A DNA stretch of 64,000 nucleotides from an uncultured Prevotellaceae bacterium (GCA_947169245.1 CAMVPA010000011.1:4241-68240), one strand, 5' to 3'. Shown: positions 11,302 through 21,228, counted from the first letter of the stretch. The notes: generated by a model not told the origin, from the sequence alone. A program made the numbers and translations.

Positions 11302-11329
11302 TAGTAAACAGATACAGTACAGATAAGTA

Positions 11330-13705
11330 ATGAAAAGACGACTGAAAACGATATGCCTCTTGGCAGCATTGCTCACCCTGAGCAGTACTACCTTCGCACA
11401 GACCACTGAGAATGATTATCCTGTTAAGGACTTGGATGATCTGCCGGTGACTCCTGTCGACACCATCCCTGTCGACACGGTCGCGTTTCACAAACAGTTG
11501 CGTGATGAGTTGAAACAGCTGAAGGAGCGCGTCAACGGTATCAAGGCTCGCTTAGAGGCCGAGACCGATACGACGGGTGTCGACAGTCCGTCCGCCGACT
11601 CGCTGGGATTACTCACACAACCGCTGCTCACCTCGAAGATCCACCTGATGGTGCGCCCTTATGGCGACAAGGTGGTGCTGCGCTGGGTGCCCGAGGACTA
11701 CGTGTCCTATCTCTTCCTGGCCTACGGCGGCGTGAACGTGCTGCGACAGAAGACGGGCGACGGTGCCATCGACACCCTGGCCTATGCCCTGAAGCCTTGG
11801 ACGGAGGAGCAGTTCCGCAAGAGGTATGAAACCAACGACTCGAATGCCATGGTGGCCCTGGGCTTCCTCTATGGCGAGGGTCGCATGACCGAGAACCAGA
11901 CAGAGGAGAAGCCGGGCACGGTGGGTGCCAACGTCGAGTTGAACGGCGAACAGGACATCTCCTTCGGCTTTGCCATGATGGTGGCCGAGTGGCGTCGCGA
12001 CTTAGCCGAGGCTCTGGCTGTGGGACTTACCGACAACACTGCCAAGCGCGGCGAGAGCTACGACTACTACGTGCAGCCCACGGTGTGGGACAACGGCGAC
12101 AAGATTATTTTTGAGCCGGGTGTCCGCGAGGGCGTGAAGAACGACCCCTACAAGCCTGAGAAATACGAACCTGAGATCACCGACTCGCTCGTCAGTCCGC
12201 GCCGCGTCATCCTTTCGTGGATCGACACCGAGCACAGCAGCTTCGAGATTGACCGCCGTCCCAAGGGCGAGAAAGAGTGGGAGCGTGTGAACACCAAACC
12301 CTATGTGACGATGGTCGAGACCGACTTCGAGGGCCTGTCGCTGCTCAGCGACTCGGTCGACTACAACGGTCTGTGGGAGTACCGCGTCATGGGTCACGAC
12401 CCCTTCGGCGAACTCTCTGACCCGTCGCCCGTCCATGTGGCCAACATCTACGACATTGAGCCGCCCGTGCCGCCCCAGCTGAAGTACATCGTCATGGAGC
12501 ACCCCGAGGAGGACCTTAACAAGAAGGTGCTGGCACACATCGTCTGGGAGAACCCCGACCCCGAGACGCAGTTCGACGATGTCACAGGCTATGCCATCAA
12601 GTACTTTAACGAGAGTGTTTACGGCACGCAGTGGGTGGTCATCACCGACGAGCTCATATCTATTGCCGACACTGTCTGCACCGTCGATGTCACCCGCCTG
12701 AAGACCGGCATGATCTGCGTGGTAGCCTACGACCAGTCGGGCAACGAGGCCTGCTCGCTGCCGCAGCTCATCCGCATCACCGACTACCGCGCTCCCGAGC
12801 CCCCCGACTCGCTGCGTGCCGAGGTGATGCCCGACGGCTACGTCATCCTGACGTGGGAGCCCAAGCCCATCGACGACGACATTGCCTACTTCGATGTGGG
12901 CTTTGCCAACGACCTGAGCCACGAGTTCCTAAAGCTCAACGACGAGGGTATCATGGAGCGTGGCTATCTCGACTCGCTGGCCCTTGACGTCAACCAGAAG
13001 TATGTGTACTACCAGGTGCGTGCCGTCGACTACTCGGGCAACGTGGGCGAGTGGAGCCCCTACATCCGCGTCACCCGTCCCCACGTCACGCCGCCGTCGG
13101 AGCCCCATCTGGCCAATTCTACCCACGATGACATCAAGGGTATGCACATGGAGTGGGTCGTGGGTCCCGATGCCGACATGGACTACCATCTGCTCTACCG
13201 CCGTCTCGGCGATGAGGGCGAGTATGAGGTCATCGGACGCTTCGATGCCGACTCCATCATGCAGACGGGCAACTACACCATTGTCGTCGACGACAACCCG
13301 CCCTACGACCGCCGCCAGCGCTACTTCTACTATATGGAGTCGTTCAACTCGTCGCCCTTCACGTCGAACAGCCTCGCCGTGAGCTGGCTGCACCGTGGCC
13401 CGAAGGTCTACGAGGTGAAGATCGACCTGGCTGGCGACTACATGAAGAGCAGCGACCAGGTGAAGCTGGCCTGGAACATCGGCAAGCTGCCCTTCGACGC
13501 ACCTTATTACTACTGCGTCTACCGCAAGCGTGAAAAGGAGAACAGCTTCGTCTACCAGATGAGCGTTCAGCCCGAGGATATGACCTATCTCGACGGCCAG
13601 CTCAAAGACGGAGAAGAGGCTGAGTACTATCTGATGATACAGTGGGAGGACGGCCGACAGAGCACGCCCTCGAACACAATCAAGGTGAAGAAATCTAAAA
13701 AATGA
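11330..13705 (+). CDS. Multi-fibronectin type III domain protein
   Basis: Signal peptide; repeated FN3-like patterns (KVVLRW, VILSW...YRVMGHDPFG, VILTW...YYQVRAVDYSGN, VKLAW...YYLMIQW). Confidence 0.8.
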   Translation: MKRRLKTICLLAALLTLSSTTFAQTTENDYPVKDLDDLPVTPVDTIPVDTVAFHKQLRDELKQLKERVNGIKARLEAETDTTGVDSPSADSLGLLTQPLLTSKIHLMVRPYGDKVVLRWVPEDYVSYLFLAYGGVNVLRQKTGDGAIDTLAYALKPWTEEQFRKRYETNDSNAMVALGFLYGEGRMTENQTEEKPGTVGANVELNGEQDISFGFAMMVAEWRRDLAEALAVGLTDNTAKRGESYDYYVQPTVWDNGDKIIFEPGVREGVKNDPYKPEKYEPEITDSLVSPRRVILSWIDTEHSSFEIDRRPKGEKEWERVNTKPYVTMVETDFEGLSLLSDSVDYNGLWEYRVMGHDPFGELSDPSPVHVANIYDIEPPVPPQLKYIVMEHPEEDLNKKVLAHIVWENPDPETQFDDVTGYAIKYFNESVYGTQWVVITDELISIADTVCTVDVTRLKTGMICVVAYDQSGNEACSLPQLIRITDYRAPEPPDSLRAEVMPDGYVILTWEPKPIDDDIAYFDVGFANDLSHEFLKLNDEGIMERGYLDSLALDVNQKYVYYQVRAVDYSGNVGEWSPYIRVTRPHVTPPSEPHLANSTHDDIKGMHMEWVVGPDADMDYHLLYRRLGDEGEYEVIGRFDADSIMQTGNYTIVVDDNPPYDRRQRYFYYMESFNSSPFTSNSLAVSWLHRGPKVYEVKIDLAGDYMKSSDQVKLAWNIGKLPFDAPYYYCVYRKREKENSFVYQMSVQPEDMTYLDGQLKDGEEAEYYLMIQWEDGRQSTPSNTIKVKKSKK

Positions 13706-13712
13706 GAAGCGT

Positions 13713-14489
13713 ATGAGAAGGATTCTATATCTGCTATCGATGGTATGCCTGCTCGTAGCTTGTGGCGACTTCTACGAGTTTCCCACCTCTGAACCCACGC
13801 CGGCACGCCAGATGAAGCTGCCCCGCAAGGTGGTCAACCTGGTGGTGGGCGACCAGTACCGCGTCCCTGTGACATTCACACCCGCCGACGTGAGCACCGA
13901 GGCGGTATGGTGGATTCCAGTCGACGATGCCATCGCACGTTTCACCAACGACACGCTGATAGGTGTCTCTCAGGGACAGACCGTGGCCTACGTGATCAGT
14001 GTCAGCGACCGTCTGCAGGACTCTTGCCTGGTCAACGTGCTGCCCGAGTTCTATGTCAACCCCAAGGGCTACCTCTACGACATGGTTATCTATGCCTCAG
14101 TCAATGTCCATGGCAAGACCTACACACAGCAGGACGAGGACTCGCTCATCATCTGCGCCTACTGCGACAACGAACTGCGCGGCATTGGCAAGATGCGCCG
14201 CTGGCAGGACCGCGACTATATGGAGCTGCGTGTGTGGAGTCCCTTCTACTATGGCGACCTCATCGATCTGCGCTGCTACTACCGTGGTCAGGCCAAGGTC
14301 GAGCTGTTCCCCAACCAGTTGACCTTCGATGGCGAGACCCACGGCACGCTCTCAAATCTCTACCAGCTGGTGCTCGACGAGAATGCCGTAGAGTACAACT
14401 TCGGACTGGAGTTCGGCTCCGACGGCGAGAATCCAGACGAGCAGGACATGGGTGAAGTTGTGGCCGGCGATGTGGACGACGATGATTAG
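13713..14489 (+). CDS. Lipoprotein with Ig-like (Big_2-type) domain
   Basis: Lipobox LVAC; 'LVVGDQY...VTFTPAD...VWW...GVSQGQT' Big_2-like pattern; acidic tail. Confidence 0.7.
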   Translation: MRRILYLLSMVCLLVACGDFYEFPTSEPTPARQMKLPRKVVNLVVGDQYRVPVTFTPADVSTEAVWWIPVDDAIARFTNDTLIGVSQGQTVAYVISVSDRLQDSCLVNVLPEFYVNPKGYLYDMVIYASVNVHGKTYTQQDEDSLIICAYCDNELRGIGKMRRWQDRDYMELRVWSPFYYGDLIDLRCYYRGQAKVELFPNQLTFDGETHGTLSNLYQLVLDENAVEYNFGLEFGSDGENPDEQDMGEVVAGDVDDDD

Positions 14490-14512
14490 TAATGCTTAAT
14501 TGACACGACGAT

Positions 14513-17080
14513 ATGAAGAATACAACGAAATATCTGCTGATGCTCTGCACGGTGCTCCTTGCCTCGTGCAACCTGTTCATCGATGGTGACCTGGAGCGCG
14601 AGCTGATGGAATATAGCGGTAAGGGCTACGACTCCATCACCACCATACAGACCGACGAAGGAACGGTGCAGTACCAGTACAAGAGTACGACGATGGAACT
14701 GAATGCCGACAATCCGCTGACGAGGTTCATACTGAGCGTTGAGCGCATTGACTCGGCGCGCGCCCACATCATCTATGTCGACGGAGCGGCTCCCATCGAC
14801 CTGCTGCCTCAGGAGGGTCAGCACGTCGTGAGCAACAATACCGAGGTGTTCGAGTATGGCCTCTGCGCCTTGGTGGCCTTGGTTAAGAACGAGGGTAGCC
14901 AGTATGCCATCTTCTGCAAGGATGCCGACATACAGGATGCCTTTGAGTATATGAGTTTCCACATGTCGCTTCCTGCCAACGACTACCTCGAGGAGTATGA
15001 TGTCTACGACGAGGACGGCAATTTCCTCTTCCACGTCGACAACCGTGAAGAGAACGCACGTGAACAGACACGTGGCGAAGAAGGCGACGACTACCTCAAC
15101 ATGAACATACCGTTCGCACCTGTTGATATAAGCAGGACCGACGAGTGGAAGAAAAAGTACCATGGCGACAACTTCAAGATTGACATCACCGGTGGTGTTA
15201 AGGCTAAGATTTATATTGACTGCGACTTCGACTGGGACGAGGGTCTGAACTTCAGTTGCAGAATGAAGGACGGCTCATTCGACATCGGCTTGAAGCTACA
15301 GGCCATCGTCGGTATGGGTGACGCGAAGAGGGCGAAGCTGAAGGGTAAGTACTTCGGCAACGACGACTTGCTGAAAGGACGCGTCAAACTGACGGTAGGT
15401 CCCGTGGTGGTCATTCCCGTGTTCGGCTTCTCGGTGAACTATCAGGTCAATGGCACGCTGACCACGGAAATCAGCTACCATAAACCCTTCGACTTCACCG
15501 TCGGCTTCAAGGACGGCGACTTCTTTGCGCAGGACAACAATACAAAAGAGAGTACGGTAACTGCCAAATTCGATGCTGCGGCCAACTTTGAATTCCCCAT
15601 CATCAAAATTTCCGTCGGTTTCGGACTCTTTACGTCCGACCTCTCGCTGCGAGGGGAGTTCTACATACGTATGCTCACCAAAGCCACGCTGGCCACCGGC
15701 ATCAAGGAGTTCGGAGGCGACCCGGATAATCCGGTGCATATTGACTATAATCCTAAACTATCCTCCGAAGTCAATATTGGATTTGCAGTGGCGCTCGTTG
15801 CCAAGGGCATGATTATCTCGAAGGTGCTTGCCAAGATTAAGGAGCATGTGAAGAACAAGGCCGCCAAGATGAAAGATGCACAGGCGGCTTTAGACGCGAT
15901 GAACAAAGCGGTGAAAGCATACGAGGCCACGGGTAAGATATCCGATTGGCTTGCCTTCAAGAAAGGCGATTTGGAATCCATTGACCCAGCAATCCTGAAC
16001 GAGATGCGAAAACTGGTACCGGCAGGAGCGAGTGACGAGGAGCGGGCTGGAATCATCGACTGGTGGCTCGAAAAGAAAACCAAGGAGAAGGCAGCTATTC
16101 CAACGCCTCCTTCTGACGATGACGAAGGCATGGCCATGCGACCGCTCACCGATGCCGACAACGACAAGGAGTTTGCCCTGCGCTTAGGCCCGGTCTATCT
16201 CGATAAGCCCAAGTGGACGGTCTTCGACCGTTACATGTTCCCCAAGATGCGCGAGGGCTCGTTCAAGGTGGGACAGAAATGGACAGATGCCAACGAGGAC
16301 ATCATCTTCAGCGGTCAGTGGACGGTCGACGACCCGGGCTTGATTTGCTATGCCAAGACGCTCTACCCCTGTTTCACCATCATGTCGGGCAGCGAAGAGA
16401 TCTTCACCCTGTTCCCCGAGAACCAGGAAGACGCTAAGCTGACAGGCAGTACCAAGAGCGGCAAGAAGTATACCGTGGAGATTCCCCATCTGTTGGCTGA
16501 ATATCCCTATACCTGTATTCCTGGCTATGCACTATCGTACGATGGCAAACCCGTGGTGCAGGACAAGGGACTGGCCTTCTGTACAGTCACGCCCACGATC
16601 TCCATCGTCAAGTTCGTGGATATCGATCAGGATTGTGAACCTATGAATGAAAACGTTTCGATGTACACCTACTATTTCGACACCTATTCCAACGTGAAGG
16701 GTTCCGTCAACATCAAGGAATGGGGCATCTACGACAACTCCGATATCAACCCCTTTACCGCAAGGCATAAGTCGAAGGATGCCGTCCTGCAGAGCGGCAA
16801 CTACGTGCACCACTGGTCCGCCAAATCACTGAAGGCGAAGATACAGGTCGACCTGAGCCCCTACATCTTTGGCCGCGATGCAGCCAATACCATCACCATC
16901 GCTAATGCTAAGATGTTCCCGGCCTTCAAGAAGAAAATCAAGTATAAGTATAACTTTGCTGACGACAGCCGTCGCTCGACTAGGGGAGCCCAGGAGGCCG
17001 GCGATGAGGACGATGGATACAGCAGCGACTACACGCTGACACTCGACTCAGTGACCTACGAGGGCAAACGCATCCTGTAA
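14513..17080 (+). CDS. Large hypothetical lipoprotein
   Basis: Lipobox LASC; 855-aa beta-rich ORF with host-like codon use. Confidence 0.7.
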   Translation: MKNTTKYLLMLCTVLLASCNLFIDGDLERELMEYSGKGYDSITTIQTDEGTVQYQYKSTTMELNADNPLTRFILSVERIDSARAHIIYVDGAAPIDLLPQEGQHVVSNNTEVFEYGLCALVALVKNEGSQYAIFCKDADIQDAFEYMSFHMSLPANDYLEEYDVYDEDGNFLFHVDNREENAREQTRGEEGDDYLNMNIPFAPVDISRTDEWKKKYHGDNFKIDITGGVKAKIYIDCDFDWDEGLNFSCRMKDGSFDIGLKLQAIVGMGDAKRAKLKGKYFGNDDLLKGRVKLTVGPVVVIPVFGFSVNYQVNGTLTTEISYHKPFDFTVGFKDGDFFAQDNNTKESTVTAKFDAAANFEFPIIKISVGFGLFTSDLSLRGEFYIRMLTKATLATGIKEFGGDPDNPVHIDYNPKLSSEVNIGFAVALVAKGMIISKVLAKIKEHVKNKAAKMKDAQAALDAMNKAVKAYEATGKISDWLAFKKGDLESIDPAILNEMRKLVPAGASDEERAGIIDWWLEKKTKEKAAIPTPPSDDDEGMAMRPLTDADNDKEFALRLGPVYLDKPKWTVFDRYMFPKMREGSFKVGQKWTDANEDIIFSGQWTVDDPGLICYAKTLYPCFTIMSGSEEIFTLFPENQEDAKLTGSTKSGKKYTVEIPHLLAEYPYTCIPGYALSYDGKPVVQDKGLAFCTVTPTISIVKFVDIDQDCEPMNENVSMYTYYFDTYSNVKGSVNIKEWGIYDNSDINPFTARHKSKDAVLQSGNYVHHWSAKSLKAKIQVDLSPYIFGRDAANTITIANAKMFPAFKKKIKYKYNFADDSRRSTRGAQEAGDEDDGYSSDYTLTLDSVTYEGKRIL

Positions 17081-17123
17081 CCGCACCGTCGTACCTCGCA
17101 CCTCGGAAAAATTCAGCCGAAAA

Positions 17124-17155
17124 TTTGGTGGCGTGCCAAAATTTTCGTACCTTTG
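17124..17155 (+). promoter_or_regulatory. Bacteroidota primary-sigma promoter for tRNA-Gln
   Basis: TTTG (17124-17127) and TACCTTTG (17148-17155), 20 nt apart. Confidence 0.7.
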
Positions 17156-17186
17156 CAGCCGAATTTCAGATTCGGCTGCATTTTTT

Positions 17187-17260
17187 TGGACGATGGTGTA
17201 ATGGTAACACTACAGGTTTTGGTTCTGTCATTCCCGGTTCGAATCCGAGTCGTCCAACCA
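17187..17260 (+). tRNA. tRNA-Gln(TTG)
   Basis: Acceptor TGGACGA/TCGTCCA, anticodon arm acagg-tt TTG gt-tctgt, GGTTCGAATCC T-arm, encoded CCA. Confidence 0.96.
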
Positions 17261-17300
17261 ACAGCGGACAGTCCCCTTCTTCTGGAGACTGTCCGCTGTT
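17260..17300 (+). terminator. Hairpin downstream of tRNA-Gln
   Basis: aacagcggacagtc...gactgtccgctgtt 14-bp stem. Confidence 0.6.
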
Positions 17301-17425
17301 AAAATTTCCTGCTCACGCAGAGCCGCAGGACACGATACGGGTGAAAGGTGTGTCTCATAACCGTAATAATATTATTTTTATGTGTATTATTTGGTGATAA
17401 CAGAAAATATTCTTACCTTTGCGGC

Positions 17426-17746
17426 ATGGAACAACATAAAGACATATCACACATGTACACGATAGAAATTGTAGCGATGATAGGCAGGCGCTTCAAGGAC
17501 TATCGCATTGGCTGCGAACTGACGCAGCAGGAAGTGTCGGCCAAGTCGGGCGTCAGTGTCGTCACCATTCGCAAATTTGAAAACGGGCAACTTAACAACA
17601 TCACGTTAGGCACCTTAATTGAGCTTCTGCGGACTATCGACTTCATGCAGGGTCTCGACGACGTGTTACCAGAGATTCCTGTTTCACCCTATGAGTTAGA
17701 GAAGATACAGCAAGGAAAACGCAAAAGAGTAAGACATGCAAAATAA
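17426..17746 (+). CDS. XRE-family HTH protein, HipB-like antitoxin
   Basis: LTQQEVSAKSGVSVVTIRKFENG HTH; overlaps hipA start; ATG sits 4 nt after a TACCTTTG box. Confidence 0.85.
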   Translation: MEQHKDISHMYTIEIVAMIGRRFKDYRIGCELTQQEVSAKSGVSVVTIRKFENGQLNNITLGTLIELLRTIDFMQGLDDVLPEIPVSPYELEKIQQGKRKRVRHAK

Positions 17747-19277
17747 CATCGTAAGAGTCCTCCTCTGGGGACAAGAGGTCGGCAGTCTCTTCTGGGAAGA
17801 GAGGCGCAAAAGGGCGGTATTCAGCTACCACCCCGATTTCATCAAAGCAGGTGTTGATATTGCTCCCCTATCGGCATCGATTAAAAACCCGCGTAACCGT
17901 TTGCCCATCTACGGATTGGCCAACGACGACATCTTCTGTGGGCTACCAGCCTTCATTGCCGACTCGCTGCCTGGCAGATGGGGTAATGCCGTGTTTGATG
18001 CCTGGGCGGCAGAGAACCATATCCGTACGTCGGAAATCACCTCCGTCGACAAGTTGCTGTTTATCGGAAGAAGAGGTATGGGAGCACTGGAATTTGAACC
18101 TGCAGAGGAACTGGGAGAGGAACGAAGTTTCCAACTGACAGAACTGTACAAGAAAGCATTGGAGATTCTACAGGGACGCGAGAACGTTACCGTAACGGGA
18201 GAGGACCTGACACTCAACGCTCTTTACGAGGTTGGCACATCTGCAGGAGGCAACCACTCCAAAGCCGTCATCGCCATCAACAGAGAAACGGGTGAAATAC
18301 GCAGCGGACAGGTGATACAACCCGACGGATTCACCTATTATCTGCTGAAGTTTGCCGAAAGCAAGTACTATCCGTTGACTAAGGTGGAAATGGTTTATGC
18401 GGACATGGCAAAGGAGGCAGGCATCACGATGATGCCCTCAAAGCTGATAGACATCGACGGTGAGAGTCATTTCCTGACAGAGCGATACGACCGTCAAGAC
18501 AGGCAGAAAGTCCATATTCTGTCGTTAGCAGCGATGAATCCAGAAGCCACTTCATACGAACAGCTGATGGAAGTCTGCATCAGGTTGGGGCTACCATATA
18601 AAGAAAGGGAAGAAACATTCAGACGAGCAATCTTCAATATTCTCACATGCAATGTCGATGCCCATATCCGCAACTTCTCTTTCATGATGAAAAAGGGGGA
18701 ATCATGGCATATCACACCAGCCTACGACCTGACTTTCTCATGCTTCAACCCAAACAACAAACTCGACGAGTACCACTACCTCAGTATGAATGGCAAGCGT
18801 ACGGCTATTACACGAGACGACATGCTCCGTTTTGCCCGCACAGCCAATGTTGACAGACCTGACAGCATCATACGCCAATGCACGGATGTTATACTGAACT
18901 TCCGTTCATACGCAGAAAAATATAGTATCAGCGAATATTGGCAGGACGTTATCGAGCGTCACTTTGCCGAGATGTCGCCCGACCTGCTCTCTGGTCTTCA
19001 CGGCTACAAGCCTCATGTGTTCAGCTTCGTGCTGCAAGGGGTTCACGTGGAGGATGCACAGTGGGAGGAGATGGGTAACGGAGCCATGCGACTGACGGCC
19101 AAACTCGACGGACAGGAGTACAAGGTCACCTTCAGCGCCAAGTCGCCCAAAGGACGGCTCGCCATTGAGCAGGGGGGCACGAAAATGCCGCAGGAGAGCA
19201 TACGTCAGTTCGTGGAGGACCTGTTCCTAACACGATTTCTCGAAAGAGCGAAAAGTACCCACACGTCCCGCACGTGA
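17736..19277 (+). CDS. hipA: HipA-family kinase toxin with C-terminal extension
   Basis: Couple_HipA-like N-terminus (DSLPGRWG, GRRGMGALEFEP), GTSAGG...K, FLTERYDR, NVDAHIRNFSF, ITPAYDL motifs. Confidence 0.9.
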   Translation: MQNNIVRVLLWGQEVGSLFWEERRKRAVFSYHPDFIKAGVDIAPLSASIKNPRNRLPIYGLANDDIFCGLPAFIADSLPGRWGNAVFDAWAAENHIRTSEITSVDKLLFIGRRGMGALEFEPAEELGEERSFQLTELYKKALEILQGRENVTVTGEDLTLNALYEVGTSAGGNHSKAVIAINRETGEIRSGQVIQPDGFTYYLLKFAESKYYPLTKVEMVYADMAKEAGITMMPSKLIDIDGESHFLTERYDRQDRQKVHILSLAAMNPEATSYEQLMEVCIRLGLPYKEREETFRRAIFNILTCNVDAHIRNFSFMMKKGESWHITPAYDLTFSCFNPNNKLDEYHYLSMNGKRTAITRDDMLRFARTANVDRPDSIIRQCTDVILNFRSYAEKYSISEYWQDVIERHFAEMSPDLLSGLHGYKPHVFSFVLQGVHVEDAQWEEMGNGAMRLTAKLDGQEYKVTFSAKSPKGRLAIEQGGTKMPQESIRQFVEDLFLTRFLERAKSTHTSRT

Positions 19278-19558
19278 CACATAACTTCCTGATTATCAAT
19301 ACCCATTTTAGGATTCCAGTCGCACCTATTGCCCACACCTAAGCCCTCACCTGAAAAATACAAGGTCGAGTGATGACAGGGAAAAGACAACTTAGAACAA
19401 CTTAAGACAACATTGCGGCGGCCCCGCAGAAGTCTGGGGGGCCGCCGCAGAAGTCTGGGGGGCCGCCGCAGATTTGTCCCACGGCCTGGGACAAAAACGA
19501 GGCGAGGAACCTGTACAAACTTTTTAGGTGTGGGAGGTGTGGGACGTGCGGGCATTTT
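19252..19558. mobile_element. Putative MITE-like non-coding element with imperfect terminal inverted repeats and internal 21-nt repeats
   Basis: Left aaaagtacccacacgtcccgcac versus right-end reverse complement aaaatgcccgcacgtcccacac; internal ggccgccgcagaagtctgggg repeats and hairpin ttgtcccacggcctgggacaa. Confidence 0.45.
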
Positions 19559-19650
19559 TCCGTTATCACAATATCAGAAAGATAAAAAACGTTATTTTCT
19601 TTGCATTTCGCTCCTTTTTCACTACTTTTGCAGCTGAAACGGCATGACGC

Positions 19651-21228
19651 ATGGCAGAGAGAAGATATCCTATAGGCATACAGACGTTCTCGGAGATGAT
19701 TCGGGGAGGGTATGTGTATATCGATAAGACGGATCTGGTCTGGGAACTGCAGAATTATGCTAAATATATCTTCCTGAGTCGCCCCCGCCGGTTTGGCAAG
19801 TCACTGCTGTCCTCTACTCTGGAGTCGTTTTTCCGCGGCGAGAAAGAGCTGTTTGAGGGCCTGAAGGTCATGCAGTTGGAAAAGGAGTGGAAGCAGTATC
19901 CCGTCTTACGTTTCGATCTGAGCGGTGCCCGGCACATGCCTGTCCAGGGTGTCAAGGACGAGCTGGGAAGACTGCTGGCGGAATATGAGAAGTTTTTCGG
20001 TCGTGACATGAACGAGACAACGCCTGGCATGCGCTTTGCCGGTCTTGTCAACCGTGCTTATGAGCAGACGGGCTGTCAGGTGGCCGTGATCATCGACGAG
20101 TATGATGCCCCGCTGTTAGACATGTTGCACGAGGATACGATGCTGAGCGATGTGCGTGAGGTGATGCAGGAGTTCTATCAGCGACTGAAACAGCTGGAGC
20201 CGAAAATCAAGTTCTGCTTCATTACGGGTATAACCAAGTTCTCGCAACTGAGCATCTTCTCTACGCTCAACAACATGCTCAATGTTACCTTGAACCCGCG
20301 TTTCTCTGCTATCTGCGGAATCACGGAAGGGGAATTGGCATCAGCGCTTGCCGACGATGTCAGGGAGATGGCGTCCGAGTGTGATTGTTCGGCCGAAGAG
20401 ATGCATGACAGGATCAAGAGCCATTATGACGGCTACCATTTCTCTGAGAAATCTGAGGACATCTATAATCCCTTTAGTCTGCTGACAGCCTTCATGCAGC
20501 GGAAGATTGGCAATTATTGGTTCGAGACCGGTACGCCCACATATCTCATACGGCAGCTGCAGCTATTCCGTTCCGACATAACGAATATGGATGATATCGA
20601 GGTGCCTTCGGTGGCTTTCGATTTGCCTACGGAGGCTATGCACGATGCTTTGCCGTTGCTCTATCAGAGTGGCTACCTGACTATCAAGGACTACGACCGA
20701 TGGGGCGATGTCTATACGCTGTCTATCCCTAACCAGGAGGTGCGCTATGGCTATGCCGAGGGACTCCTGCCTGTATTTACCGGACTGAAGTCAAAGGATG
20801 TGCAGGTTGGTTTTGCCCTGAAATTCTGGCGGGCACTCAGCAGTGGCGACGTTGAGCAGGCAATGTGCGAGATGAAGGCTTTTATGGCAGGGATTCCCTT
20901 TGTGGAAGGCTTCAAGCAGAAATTGGCAGATGCCGCTACTGCTGAGGGCTTTTATGAATACACGATGTACCTGATATTCTCAATGCTGAACGTCTATGTG
21001 CGTACTCAGGTGAAATGTGCCGGAGGCAAGACGGATATGGTGGTATGGTTGCCAGATGCCGTCTATGTCTTTGAACTGAAGACGAACGGCACGGCGCAGC
21101 AGGCTTTAGATCAGATAGACAGTAAGGGCTATGCCATCCCCTACGAGTCGGGTGGGCGTAAGGTCGTGAGAATCGGCGTGCAGTTCGATGTAGCGACGCG
21201 CGTGCCAATAGACTGGGTCATCAAGTAG
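19651..21228 (+). CDS. AAA-ATPase-like / PD-(D/E)XK nuclease protein
   Basis: YPIGIQTF, SRPRRFGKS (Walker A-like), IIDEYDAP (Walker B), C-terminal TDMV...VFELK...ALDQIDSKGY. Confidence 0.9.
   Translation: MAERRYPIGIQTFSEMIRGGYVYIDKTDLVWELQNYAKYIFLSRPRRFGKSLLSSTLESFFRGEKELFEGLKVMQLEKEWKQYPVLRFDLSGARHMPVQGVKDELGRLLAEYEKFFGRDMNETTPGMRFAGLVNRAYEQTGCQVAVIIDEYDAPLLDMLHEDTMLSDVREVMQEFYQRLKQLEPKIKFCFITGITKFSQLSIFSTLNNMLNVTLNPRFSAICGITEGELASALADDVREMASECDCSAEEMHDRIKSHYDGYHFSEKSEDIYNPFSLLTAFMQRKIGNYWFETGTPTYLIRQLQLFRSDITNMDDIEVPSVAFDLPTEAMHDALPLLYQSGYLTIKDYDRWGDVYTLSIPNQEVRYGYAEGLLPVFTGLKSKDVQVGFALKFWRALSSGDVEQAMCEMKAFMAGIPFVEGFKQKLADAATAEGFYEYTMYLIFSMLNVYVRTQVKCAGGKTDMVVWLPDAVYVFELKTNGTAQQALDQIDSKGYAIPYESGGRKVVRIGVQFDVATRVPIDWVIK

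Noticed and set aside
2911-13393. Long minus-strand ORFs (e.g. 4699-6024, 7117-8373, 12002-12922)
   Set aside because: Antisense shadows caused by high GC3 in the real plus-strand genes.
17125-17397. 90-aa ORF
   Set aside because: Overlaps tRNA-Gln and its promoter.
19205-19637. Arg/Pro-rich ORFs
   Set aside because: Translations of the repeat element with no protein-like features.
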